64,000 nucleotides of DNA, taken from NCBI GenBank assembly GCA_015067765.1, contig SVLV01000003.1, forward strand, positions 36,372-100,371, read 5' to 3'. Every line of letters starts with the position of its first letter. The first letter of the stretch is position 1. Shown here piece after piece: positions 9,504 through 18,423 of the stretch. The notes beneath the pieces are model-generated. The model did not search any database. It saw nothing but the letters and a program-made list of their open reading frames with translations, and had not been told where the DNA came from. The translations under genes and the position numbers were made by a program. Origin of the DNA: Oscillospiraceae bacterium. Lineage in GTDB: Bacteria; Bacillota; Clostridia; Oscillospirales; Oscillospiraceae.

Positions 9504-10622
9504 ATGAAAGTGATTTTTACCTGCGGCGGCACGGCGGGCCATGTGAATCCCGCCCTGGCACTGGCCGGTTATATGGAGAAGAAGCATCCGGATCTGCAGG
9601 TGCTGTTTGTGGGCACGCCCACCGGCATGGAGAAGGATCTGGTGGCCAAGGCCGGCTACGAATTCCGGGGTATTCCGGTGTCCGGCTTCAATCGCCGCAT
9701 CAATCTGGAGAATATCCGCCATAATGTGGGCAGTGTGAAGAATCTGATGACGGCGCCTGCCCGTGCCCGCGCCATCCTCCGGGAATTCCAGCCGGATCTG
9801 GTGGTGGGCACCGGCGGCTATGCCAGCTACCCCATGGTGAAGTATGCGGCCAAGGCTGGGATCCCCACGGCGGTCCATGAGTCCAACATGGTACCGGGTC
9901 TGACCACCAAGGTGCTGGAGGAGTTTGCCGACCGCGTCATGGTGGGCTTTGAGGAGTGCCGGCAGCTGTATAAGCATCCGGAGAAGATCGTGGTCACCGG
10001 CACACCGGTGCGGGGTGATTTCTTTGAACTGACCCGCCAGCAGGCCCGGGAGCAGCTGGGTCTGGAGGAGGGCAGAAAGCTGGTGGTGTCCTTCTGGGGC
10101 AGCCTGGGTGCCAGCGGCATGAATGCCCAGATGATGGATTTCTTCCGCCGCGAGGTGGCGGACGGTATGCCCTTTGCCCACATCCACGCCGCCGGCAGCG
10201 GCAGCTGGGAGTCCATGGAGCAGCAGCTGCAGCAGGAGGGTCTGTGGGGTACGCCGGGACTGGATGTGCGCCAGTACATCCACGATATGGCCGTGGTGAT
10301 GCGGGCAGCGGATCTGGTGATCTGCCGTGCCGGTGCATCCACCATCAGCGAGATCACGGCGCTGGCCGTGCCGGCCATCATGGTGCCCAGCCCCTATGTG
10401 ACCAACAACCATCAGGAGAAGAACGCCCGGATCCTGGCCCACCACGGCGGAGCACACCTGCTGCTGGAGAGCGAGAGCACCGGCGAGAAACTGTATGAGA
10501 CGGCCCGCAGTATCCTCTCCAGTCCCACCCACTGGGAGAGCATGAGCCGCGGTATGGCGCAGCTGGGCATTCTGGATGCCACGGAGCGCATTTACGACAC
10601 GGTGATGCAGCTGGTCAAATAA
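9504..10622 (+). CDS. murG: Lipid II GlcNAc transferase
   Basis: GGTAGHVNP, GTGGYAS, HESN, GSLGA, RAGAST, HQEKNA. Confidence 0.98.
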   Translation: MKVIFTCGGTAGHVNPALALAGYMEKKHPDLQVLFVGTPTGMEKDLVAKAGYEFRGIPVSGFNRRINLENIRHNVGSVKNLMTAPARARAILREFQPDLVVGTGGYASYPMVKYAAKAGIPTAVHESNMVPGLTTKVLEEFADRVMVGFEECRQLYKHPEKIVVTGTPVRGDFFELTRQQAREQLGLEEGRKLVVSFWGSLGASGMNAQMMDFFRREVADGMPFAHIHAAGSGSWESMEQQLQQEGLWGTPGLDVRQYIHDMAVVMRAADLVICRAGASTISEITALAVPAIMVPSPYVTNNHQEKNARILAHHGGAHLLLESESTGEKLYETARSILSSPTHWESMSRGMAQLGILDATERIYDTVMQLVK

Positions 10623-10688
10623 ACCCTGTCACCTCCGTCCCCCCGCCCTGCATAGGATGGCTTACATCCGATGAAAGGTGGGGCCGAT

Positions 10689-11945
10689 ATGGAGTTGATC
10701 TCGGTAGAGGGCGGGCGGAGCCTGTCCGGCCAACTGACGGTTCAGGGGGCGAAAAACAGTGTGCTGCCCATTTTGGCGGCCACGATTCTCAGCGGGGATG
10801 TGTGCCGCATCTGCGGATGTCCCCGTCTTCGGGATGTGGATACGGCGGTGGAGATCCTGCAGCATCTGGGCTGCCGCGCCCATTGGGCGGGCGGAGATCT
10901 GGTGGTGGACACCACCCAGTTGACCTCCAGCGAGATCCCGGAGGAACTGATGCGGAAAATGCGCTCCTCCGTGATGTTTCTGGGGGCGATCCTGGCCCGG
11001 TGCGGCCGGGCGGATATGTCCTATCCCGGCGGCTGCGAACTGGGTCCAAGGCCCATTGACCTGCACCTTGCCGCCCTGCGCACTCTGGGTGCGGAGGTCC
11101 GGGAGGAGGGCGGCAACATCCATTGCCGCGGCAGCAGTCTGCAGGGGACTGAGGTGGTATTGAACCTGCCCAGCGTAGGTGCCACGGAGAATGCCATTCT
11201 GGCGGCCTGCGGCGCGGAGGGGGTCACCACCGTGTCCAACGCGGCGAGGGAACCGGAGATCGTGGACTTGCAGGATTTTCTGAACAAACTGGGCGCCCGG
11301 GTACAGGGCGCAGGTACCTCCACCGTGGTGGTGGAGGGCAAGCAGCCTCTCCACGGCTGCGAGCACCGGGTCATTTCCGACCGGATCGTGGCAGCTACCT
11401 ATCTGGCAGCGGCCGCTGCGGCAGGAGGGGACATCCGGCTGGAGGGCGTGGACTGGCGACATCTGTCCACAGTGACCAATGCACTGGGTGCGGCAGGCTG
11501 CCGGATCCAAAGCGGAGACGGCGGGATCCGGTTACAGTGCCGGGAGCCCCTGCGGGGTATCCATCCGGTGCGCACCTCCCCCTATCCGGGATTTCCCACC
11601 GACGCACAGGCGGTGCTGATGGCGGCGCTGCTGCGCAGCCGGGGGACCACGGTGTTCGTGGAGAATATGTTTGAAAACCGCTACCGCCATGTGGCGGAGC
11701 TGCTGCGGCTGGGTGCGGATGTGCGCATTGAGGGCCGTGTGGCAGTGGTGTGCGGCGTGAGCCGTCTGCAGGGGGCCCGGGTCCGGGCCACGGATCTGCG
11801 GGGCGGCGCGGCGCTGGTGCTGGCCGGTCTGCAGGCGGAGGGCACCACACAGGTGGAGGCCATCCACCACATTGAACGGGGATACGAGGATCTGCCGGGA
11901 GACCTGGTCCAACTGGGGGCCTGTGTCCGGCGCATTGTTACATAA
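10689..11945 (+). CDS. murA: UDP-GlcNAc 1-carboxyvinyltransferase
   Basis: GAKNSVLP, PGGCELGPRPIDLH (catalytic Cys present), SVGATEN, PGFPTD, DLRGGAAL. Confidence 0.97.
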   Translation: MELISVEGGRSLSGQLTVQGAKNSVLPILAATILSGDVCRICGCPRLRDVDTAVEILQHLGCRAHWAGGDLVVDTTQLTSSEIPEELMRKMRSSVMFLGAILARCGRADMSYPGGCELGPRPIDLHLAALRTLGAEVREEGGNIHCRGSSLQGTEVVLNLPSVGATENAILAACGAEGVTTVSNAAREPEIVDLQDFLNKLGARVQGAGTSTVVVEGKQPLHGCEHRVISDRIVAATYLAAAAAAGGDIRLEGVDWRHLSTVTNALGAAGCRIQSGDGGIRLQCREPLRGIHPVRTSPYPGFPTDAQAVLMAALLRSRGTTVFVENMFENRYRHVAELLRLGADVRIEGRVAVVCGVSRLQGARVRATDLRGGAALVLAGLQAEGTTQVEAIHHIERGYEDLPGDLVQLGACVRRIVT

Positions 11946-11970
11946 CATCAACAGAAAGGAGGAGGGCGTC

Positions 11971-12723
11971 ATGGCCAAAAGAAATCGCAATCGCCGCCGG
12001 CGCGGCGGCGGACACTTTGCATTTCTCTATAAGCTGCTGACCTTTTTTGTCATCTGCGGCGTTCTGGTGGCGGCCCTCTCCCTGTTTTTCAAGATCGATC
12101 AGACAGAGGTTACCGGTGCAGAGCGCTACAGCGCTCAGCAGGTGGTGGAGGCCAGCGGCATCCAGTTGGGGCAGAATCTGTATCTGCTGGATAAGTATGA
12201 GATTGCGGCCAATATCGCCGATGCCCTGCCCTATGTGGAGTCGGTGCGCATCAGCCGCAAGCTGCCCAATACCCTGTGCTTCGAGGTGACTGAGTGCACC
12301 CAGCAGGTGCAGATCCAGCAAAGCGGAACGGTGTGGCAGCTGTGTCACAGCGGAAAGATCGTGGATACGGCCATAAGCCTGCAGGAGGGCGCGGTGATCA
12401 CAGGATTGACGCTGGAGAATCCCGCCGCCGGCCGCATGCTGCAGGTCTCCCCGGAGCAGGAGAAGGGGCGCGGCGAACTGTTGACGCTGCTGCAGCGGTT
12501 GGAGGAAAAAGGGATGCTGGCCGATTGTCAGGAGATCCATCTGGAGGACCCCGACCTCATCACCCTGCGTTTTCGGGAGCATTTCCGGGTGGAGCTTCTG
12601 TGGGGGTCGGACCTGAATTATGAACTGAATTACCTGCTGGCTGTGCTGGAAAAGCTGGAAGTGGGAGAGAAGGGCACCATCGACCTGACCCCGGTGGGGA
12701 AGGCCCGTTTCATTCCCGCATAA
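11971..12723 (+). CDS. ftsQ: Cell division protein FtsQ/DivIB
   Basis: Basic N-tail, TM helix, POTRA domain (LPYVESVRISRKLPNTL); lies upstream of ftsZ. Confidence 0.85.
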   Translation: MAKRNRNRRRRGGGHFAFLYKLLTFFVICGVLVAALSLFFKIDQTEVTGAERYSAQQVVEASGIQLGQNLYLLDKYEIAANIADALPYVESVRISRKLPNTLCFEVTECTQQVQIQQSGTVWQLCHSGKIVDTAISLQEGAVITGLTLENPAAGRMLQVSPEQEKGRGELLTLLQRLEEKGMLADCQEIHLEDPDLITLRFREHFRVELLWGSDLNYELNYLLAVLEKLEVGEKGTIDLTPVGKARFIPA

Positions 12724-12759
12724 TTCACAAAGAAATTCACGGAAATCCCGCCGGGATAC

Positions 12760-12788
12760 TTGACCCGACGGGATTTCCGTAATACAAT
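12760..12788 (+). promoter_or_regulatory. Sigma-A promoter of ftsZ embedded in an inverted repeat
   Basis: TTGACC-17 nt-TACAAT. Confidence 0.6.
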
Positions 12789-12872
12789 ATAAAAAATGGT
12801 CAAATACTTTATCTTGTGGTATACGGAAGATAATCTGTCGTTTTAATACAAATTGTGGCAGGAGGAACCAAC

Positions 12873-14003
12873 ATGGCTTTTGGATTGGAAACCGGAGTGG
12901 AGAACGTTGTCAACATTCGTGTGATCGGTGTGGGCGGCGGCGGAAACAATGTGGTCAATCGCATGGTGAAGACTGGCGCCAAGGGCGTGGAATTCATCGC
13001 AGTGAATACCGATAAGCAGGCGCTGAACTCTTCCAGCGCAAACTATAAGATCCAGATCGGCGAAAAGCTGACCCACGGTCAGGGCGCCGGCTCCAATCCC
13101 GAGGTGGGCCGCAAGTCCGCTGAGGAGAGCCGCAATCAGATCGCCAAGGCGCTGGAGTCCACGGATATGGTATTTATCACCGCCGGTATGGGCGGCGGCA
13201 CCGGTACCGGTGCAGCTCCCGTTGTGGCGGAGATCGCCCGTGAGATGGGCATTCTGACGGTGGGCGTGGTCACCAAGCCCTTCGGCTTTGAGGGCCGCCG
13301 CCGTATGACTCAGGCAGAGCAGGGCATTGAGGAGCTCAACGGCAAGGTGGACTCTTTGGTCATCATCCCCAACGAGCGCCTGAAGTATGCCACCGATCAG
13401 AAGATCACCTTCGCCAATGCCTTTGAGATTGCAGACGATGTGCTGCGTCAGGCCGTGCAGTCCATCTCCGACCTGATCCGCGATACCGGCTTTATCAATC
13501 TGGACTTTGCGGATGTCACCGCTATCATGAAGGATGCCGGTCTTGCCCACATGGGCGTGGGCCGTGCAGCCGGCAAGGGCAAGGCCGAGGAGGCTGCCCG
13601 CATGGCCATCTCCAGCCCCCTGCTGGAGACCTCCATCAATGGCGCTAAGGGCGTGCTGATCAATGTGACCGGCTCTATGGATATCGGTCTGGAGGAAGTG
13701 GAGCAGGCCGCCATGCTGGTACAGCAGGCCGTACATCCCGATGCACTTACCATCTTCGGTGCCACCTTCGATGAGTCTTTGGATGATGAGATCCGCGTGA
13801 TCGTCATTGCCACCGGCTTTGAGGAGGGCAACGGCTCTGCTCAGCCCGCTGCTGTGGAGGAGGTCAAGGCTGTTCCCGCTGCCGAGGGTGTACAGCAGCC
13901 TCAGCCCATCGATGAGACCGTGGAGGAGGCCGTGCAGGAGACCGCTGAGGTGGATCGCTCCTTCGATGAGATCCTGAAGATCTTCAATCGGGACAAGTTT
14001 TAA
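12873..14003 (+). CDS. ftsZ: Cell division protein FtsZ
   Basis: [17 protein letters not shown] tubulin signature, INLDFAD. Confidence 0.99.
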   Translation: MAFGLETGVENVVNIRVIGVGGGGNNVVNRMVKTGAKGVEFIAVNTDKQALNSSSANYKIQIGEKLTHGQGAGSNPEVGRKSAEESRNQIAKALESTDMVFITAGMGGGTGTGAAPVVAEIAREMGILTVGVVTKPFGFEGRRRMTQAEQGIEELNGKVDSLVIIPNERLKYATDQKITFANAFEIADDVLRQAVQSISDLIRDTGFINLDFADVTAIMKDAGLAHMGVGRAAGKGKAEEAARMAISSPLLETSINGAKGVLINVTGSMDIGLEEVEQAAMLVQQAVHPDALTIFGATFDESLDDEIRVIVIATGFEEGNGSAQPAAVEEVKAVPAAEGVQQPQPIDETVEEAVQETAEVDRSFDEILKIFNRDKF

Positions 14004-14026
14004 TTGACAATTCTGGAAATGGTTGC

Positions 14027-14062
14027 CAGCCGCCGCAGAGATCTCTGCGGCGGCTGTTTTTT
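14027..14062 (+). terminator. Intrinsic terminator after ftsZ
   Basis: CAGCCGCCGCAGAG..CTCTGCGGCGGCTG followed by a T run. Confidence 0.85.
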
Positions 14063-14166
14063 CTGCCGTTTTTTCCGGAATAACCGGTTTTTAACAGATT
14101 GATGCGTCCTGTTTTTGCGCAAAGTATTGCTGTCGTCGACGACAAAAATTGCGAAGGGGTGATCCA

Positions 14167-15195
14167 ATGTATGAAACGCACCGGAGCATACAGCGGTCTG
14201 CCGCCTTTGTGCTGGCGGTATTGGCATCGCTGGCCCTGTGTTGTCCGTGGGCATGGGCAGATGCGGGGCAGAGACAGGTGATCCCGCTGGGCAAGGCGGT
14301 GGGCATCAAGCTTTTTGCCGATGGTGTGCTGGTGGTGGACAGTTCCCAACTGTCCGCCGGTGGCGGACGCTCCTCCCCGGCACAGGCCTGTGGCCTGAAG
14401 GAGGGGGACATCCTGCTGCAGGCCGGCGGAGAGAAGATCCGGTCCACAGAACATCTGCAGCAGCTGTTGCAGCAAAACGGCGCAGCTGCGCTGGAACTGA
14501 CGGTGCAGCGGGGCAGCAGCACGCTGCACAAGACCGTCCATCCCGTCCTCTGTGACGATGGCACCTACCGCCTGGGTGCGTGGATCCGGGACAGTATGGC
14601 GGGCATCGGTACCATCACCTATTATGACCCGGCCACCGGTGTATACGGCGCGCTGGGCCACGGCATCACCGATGTGGACACGGCCCGGCTGATGCCGCTG
14701 GCCTCCGGGTCCATTCTGGAGACGGAGGTGCTGGCGGTGAAGAAGGGCCAGCGGGGCGATCCCGGTCAGCTGCGGGGAGATTTCTCCCAGCAGCGGGATG
14801 TGGGTACCGTGACGGTCAACAGCAGCAGCGGCATCTTCGGCAGAATGGAGGATCCTGACTTTGTGCCCACCGGACAGGCGCTCCCGGTGGCGGAGGAGGA
14901 TCAGGTGGTTTGCGGCAAGGCCACCATCCTCTCCACTGTCTCTGGCAGCGAGACACGGGAGTATGAGGTGGAGATCGTTTCCCAGTATCCCGACAGCCGG
15001 GACGGGCGGGATCTGCTGCTGCAGGTCACCGACCAGCGGCTGCTGGATGCCACCGGCGGTATCGTTCAGGGAATGAGCGGCTCACCGATTATACAGGACG
15101 GCAAGCTGGTGGGCGCGGTGACCCATGTGCTGGTGAACGATCCCACCCGGGGCTACGGCATCTTTCTGGAGAATATGATGGAGGCGGCGGGATAA
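14167..15195 (+). CDS. spoIVB: SpoIVB serine peptidase (S55, with PDZ domain)
   Basis: GAWIRDSMAGIGTIT, ALGHGITD, TGGIVQGMSGSPIIQ, GAVTHVLVNDPTRGYGIF. Confidence 0.96.
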   Translation: MYETHRSIQRSAAFVLAVLASLALCCPWAWADAGQRQVIPLGKAVGIKLFADGVLVVDSSQLSAGGGRSSPAQACGLKEGDILLQAGGEKIRSTEHLQQLLQQNGAAALELTVQRGSSTLHKTVHPVLCDDGTYRLGAWIRDSMAGIGTITYYDPATGVYGALGHGITDVDTARLMPLASGSILETEVLAVKKGQRGDPGQLRGDFSQQRDVGTVTVNSSSGIFGRMEDPDFVPTGQALPVAEEDQVVCGKATILSTVSGSETREYEVEIVSQYPDSRDGRDLLLQVTDQRLLDATGGIVQGMSGSPIIQDGKLVGAVTHVLVNDPTRGYGIFLENMMEAAG

Positions 15196-15206
15196 GAAGA
15201 GGGACG

Positions 15207-15241
15207 AAAAAGGACAGGGGCGTTTTGCCCCTGTCCTTTTT
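15207..15241 (+). terminator. Intrinsic terminator after spoIVB
   Basis: AAAAAGGACAGGGGC..GCCCCTGTCCTTTTT. Confidence 0.8.
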
Positions 15242-15299
15242 GGTTTTCTGTGGTATAATGGGGGAAATCGGCAGGAATCGAAAAGGAGTGACTGCGGCA

Positions 15300-15821
15300 A
15301 TGAAATTTGTGTTTATCCAGGCAATTGGCTTTCTGGGAACGGGTCTATTCTTCCTGTCCTACCAGTTTAAAAAGAATCAGACGCTGTTTCGGATCCAGTT
15401 TGTATCCTACCTGTGCTACACGGTGCATTTTTTGCTGCTGGGTGCTATCACCGGGGGGATCAGTTACATTCTCAATGCCATCCGCTCCTTCTGCCTGGGC
15501 AGCAACCATGCCGTTTTGAGGGGGAAGGGAATGTGCACCGTTATCTGCCTGCTGCAGGTGGCGACGCTGGTGCTTACCTGGGAGGGTTGGCTGTCTGTCC
15601 TGCCGGTGGCGGCCAACATTGTTGCCACGGTGGGCGGCTATACCCACAATGGCCGGACCATCCGGCTGGTGGCGATGCTGGTAAATTCTCCTCTGTGGAT
15701 CGTGTACGATATTGCAGTGGGCTCCTGGGCCGGTGTGATCGACGAGCTGATTACGGAGGTCTCCGCGCTGGTTTCTATCCTCCGCTACGGATGGAAGGCG
15801 CTGGACACGGTGGAGAACTGA
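15300..15821 (+). CDS. YgjV-like inner membrane protein
   Basis: Multi-TM; QAIGFLG..SYQFK, HFLLLGAITG, SPLWIVYD..GSWAG. Confidence 0.75.
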   Translation: MKFVFIQAIGFLGTGLFFLSYQFKKNQTLFRIQFVSYLCYTVHFLLLGAITGGISYILNAIRSFCLGSNHAVLRGKGMCTVICLLQVATLVLTWEGWLSVLPVAANIVATVGGYTHNGRTIRLVAMLVNSPLWIVYDIAVGSWAGVIDELITEVSALVSILRYGWKALDTVEN

Positions 15822-15827
15822 CGGAAC

Positions 15828-15864
15828 AAAAAGACAGAGGCCTGATGGGCTCTGTCTTTTTTTT
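15828..15864 (+). terminator. Intrinsic terminator
   Basis: AAAAGACAGAG..CTCTGTCTTTTTTTT. Confidence 0.75.
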
Positions 15865-15872
15865 GGAAAAAT

Positions 15873-15936
15873 TGTAAAGTACACTTGACATTTTTCGGAG
15901 GGTGTGTTATCTTACAATTGTAAAGCGAACTTTACA
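15873..15936 (+). promoter_or_regulatory. Sigma-A promoter with two palindromic operators for the XRE regulator
   Basis: TTGACA-17-TATCTT; TGTAAAG-tacA-CTTGACA (15873-15890) and TGTAAAG-cgaa-CTTTACA (15919-15936). Confidence 0.75.
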
Positions 15937-15976
15937 AAATGCGGCGCAGGTACCTGCCGCGAACAGGAGGGATCGG

Positions 15977-16180
15977 ATGAAAAACAGAATTGAGGAGATC
16001 CGGAAGGAGCGGGGCATCCGGCAGGAGGAGTTTGCCAAGGCGTTAGGCGTGTCCCGGCAGACCATCAGCTCCCTGGAGAACGGAAAGTACAATCCGTCCA
16101 TTCTGCTGGCTTACCGGATTGCAAAGTATTTTGAGATGACCATCGAAGAGGTTTTCGTGTTCGAGGAGGAAGAGGCATGA
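15977..16180 (+). CDS. XRE-family HTH transcriptional regulator
   Basis: MKNRIEEIRK..LGVSRQTISSLENGKYNPSILLA. Confidence 0.93.
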   Translation: MKNRIEEIRKERGIRQEEFAKALGVSRQTISSLENGKYNPSILLAYRIAKYFEMTIEEVFVFEEEEA

Positions 16181-16578
16181 AACATGACAGACGGATTTGG
16201 CTCAGCGTTATTTGGCTGATTTTGGGCGCAGTGCTGTTTGGCCTGGGGCTTGTCGGGGAACTGGATGAGTTCTGGAGCGGCATGGGCGGCGGACTGATCG
16301 GCGTGGGTGTTGTGCGGCTGGTGCAGTTTTTCCGCTATCGGAAGAACGATGCCTACCGGGAGAAGTGGGAGACGGAGGTTTCCGATGAGCGCAACCAGTT
16401 CCTTCGCAACAAGGCGTGGGCATGGGCGGGGTATCTGTTCGTGCTGATCAGCGCCGTTGCCATCATCGTGCTGCGGCTGATGGGGCAGGATCTGCTGTCC
16501 ACGGCGGCCGGCTACGCGGTGTGCCTGATGGTGGTGCTGTATTGGGGCTGTTACCTGGTGCTGAGAAGAAAGTATTGA
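16177..16578 (+). CDS. Small 4-TM membrane protein (DUF2178-like), translationally coupled to the XRE gene
   Basis: DERN motif between TM pairs; ATGA overlap. Confidence 0.75.
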   Translation: MKHDRRIWLSVIWLILGAVLFGLGLVGELDEFWSGMGGGLIGVGVVRLVQFFRYRKNDAYREKWETEVSDERNQFLRNKAWAWAGYLFVLISAVAIIVLRLMGQDLLSTAAGYAVCLMVVLYWGCYLVLRRKY

Positions 16579-16584
16579 TTGACG

Positions 16585-16625
16585 GAGCAGCCGTCCGGGA
16601 GAAAATTCCGGGCGGCTGCTTATTT
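16585..16625 (+). terminator. Terminator-like hairpin
   Basis: AGCAGCCGTCCGGGA..TTCCGGGCGGCTGCT then TATTT. Confidence 0.65.
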
Positions 16626-16675
16626 GTGGGTGAGCGGGGCATACTAAGGCAAAACACTGCAAGGGGGAATTGTCT

Positions 16676-17647
16676 GTGTGCACGGCGCTGACCTATCACA
16701 CCAAAGACCACTATTTCGGCCGCAATCTGGATCTGTCCTATTCTTACGGGGAGACGGTGACCGTCACGCCCCGCAACTATCCCTTCCGGTTTCGCGGCGG
16801 GATGCAGCTGAATCATCACCACGCCATGATCGGCATGGCCTGTGTACGGGAGGGGTATCCGCTGTACTACGATGCCGTCAATGAGTGTGGGCTGGCCATG
16901 GCCGGGCTGGAGTTTCCGGGGGCGGTGTATGAGCAGCAAAGGGCGGAGCGGGACAATGTGGCCGCCTTTGAACTGATCCCGTGGCTGCTGGGACAGTGTG
17001 CCACGGTGGAGGAGGCGGGTCTTCTGCTGGGACAGCTCAGCCTGTGGGAGGAGGCCTTCTCTGCGCAGCTGCCGCCGGCACCCCTCCACTGGATGGTGGC
17101 GGATCGGGAGGAATGCATTGTGGTGGAGCCCATGGCGGAGGGTCTCCGGATTCACGACAACCCGGTTGGGGTGATGACCAACCAGCCGGACTTCCCCTTT
17201 ATGCAGCAGTATCTAACCATGTTCCGGGATCTGTCCCCGGCACTGTCCGTGAACCGTCTGACGGACCGAATGGACCTGCCGGTGTTCTGCCACGGTTTGG
17301 CAGCGGTGGGGCTGCCGGGGGACTGGTCCTCCCCCTCCCGGTTTGTGCGGGCGGCCTTCGCGCGGCTCAATGCCGTATCCGCGGCGGGGGAGGCGGAGAG
17401 CGTGGGACAATTTTTCCACCTGCTGGGCACGGTGGAGCGTCCCCGGGGCTGCGTGCAGCTGGAGGGAGGGCGGCAGGACATCACGGTCTACTCCTCCTGC
17501 TGCAATCAGGACCGGGGGATCTACTACTACACCACCTACGAAAACCGCCGCATCACGGCGGTGGATCTCCATGGGGAGGAGCTGGAGGGAGACGGGGTGG
17601 TTTCCTATCCCCTGCGGACGGAGCAGGATATCCTCCGGCAGAACTGA
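16676..17647 (+). CDS. Choloylglycine hydrolase family (bile salt hydrolase / penicillin V acylase; Ntn hydrolase)
   Basis: GTG start gives M-C-T-A (N-terminal Cys nucleophile); FGRNLD, YDAVNECGL, GVMTNQP, LPGDWSSPSRFVRA. Confidence 0.9.
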   Translation: MCTALTYHTKDHYFGRNLDLSYSYGETVTVTPRNYPFRFRGGMQLNHHHAMIGMACVREGYPLYYDAVNECGLAMAGLEFPGAVYEQQRAERDNVAAFELIPWLLGQCATVEEAGLLLGQLSLWEEAFSAQLPPAPLHWMVADREECIVVEPMAEGLRIHDNPVGVMTNQPDFPFMQQYLTMFRDLSPALSVNRLTDRMDLPVFCHGLAAVGLPGDWSSPSRFVRAAFARLNAVSAAGEAESVGQFFHLLGTVERPRGCVQLEGGRQDITVYSSCCNQDRGIYYYTTYENRRITAVDLHGEELEGDGVVSYPLRTEQDILRQN

Positions 17648-17652
17648 AACAG

Positions 17653-17683
17653 AAAAAGCGCAGGGCTCTCGCCCTGCGCTTTT
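17653..17683. terminator. Bidirectional terminator between convergent genes
   Basis: AAAAAGCGCAGGGC-tctc-GCCCTGCGCTTTT. Confidence 0.85.
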
Positions 17684-17691
17684 GATTGGGA

Positions 17692-18360
17692 TCACAGATG
17701 GTTCAGCACCTGAAGGGGGTCATGGAGTCCCGGGAAGGCCCGGTTGGGGGAGATGGGGGCACCGTCCGGCAGATACCACAGGGCCTGCAGAGGCTGCATG
17801 CCCAGGGCCTGCGCCGTCTCCAGTTCCCGGCTGCCGCCGTCGCCCACATAGAGGCAATCCTCCGGGGAGACCTGCAGCTGCTCCAGACAGCGGGTGAAGA
17901 TGGCCCGGTCCGGCTTGGCCACCCCCAGCTCACAGGAGAGGCAGAGACTGCCAAAATACGGCATGAGGCAGCTGCGGCGGATGACGGCCGCCTCCTCGTC
18001 AAAGCAGTTGCTGACCAGTCCGATTTGGATACCCCGCTGCTGCAGCTGCTGCAGCAGGGGCAGGATGCCGGGGTGCAGGTGGGCGAACAGCTGCTCCTTG
18101 ATCTCTGTGCGCTTTTGTACCATAGCGGCCACCCGCTGCGGGTCATCCATACCTCTTTGGGCGAGAATATCCGTCAAGGTCTGCCGGAGAGTCAGGCGGC
18201 CCAGGGTGCGGTCTGACTCGGTGGCGCGCCACAGGGCGCGGAAGGTCTCCTCCTCCATGCCGGCATCAGCGGCCATGGCGCCGCTGAAATACAGAGGGGT
18301 GCGGTAATGGGTGATGAGGGTCTCGAACATATCGAAGAGAACGGCTCGTTTCATAGGCAT
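17692..18360 (-). CDS. HAD-superfamily hydrolase
   Basis: FDMFETL, LVSN, KPDRAIF, YVGDGGSREL. Confidence 0.88.
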   Translation of the reverse strand: MPMKRAVLFDMFETLITHYRTPLYFSGAMAADAGMEEETFRALWRATESDRTLGRLTLRQTLTDILAQRGMDDPQRVAAMVQKRTEIKEQLFAHLHPGILPLLQQLQQRGIQIGLVSNCFDEEAAVIRRSCLMPYFGSLCLSCELGVAKPDRAIFTRCLEQLQVSPEDCLYVGDGGSRELETAQALGMQPLQALWYLPDGAPISPNRAFPGLHDPLQVLNHL

Positions 18361-18387
18361 CAGCTCCGTTGCATGGGATTTGAGGTG

Positions 18388-18421
18388 AAAAAAGGAGACA
18401 GGGGGCCCTGTCTCCTTTTTG
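18388..18421 (-). terminator. Intrinsic terminator after the radical SAM gene
   Basis: AAAAAGGAGACAGGG..CCCTGTCTCCTTTTT. Confidence 0.8.
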
Positions 18422-18423
18422 GC

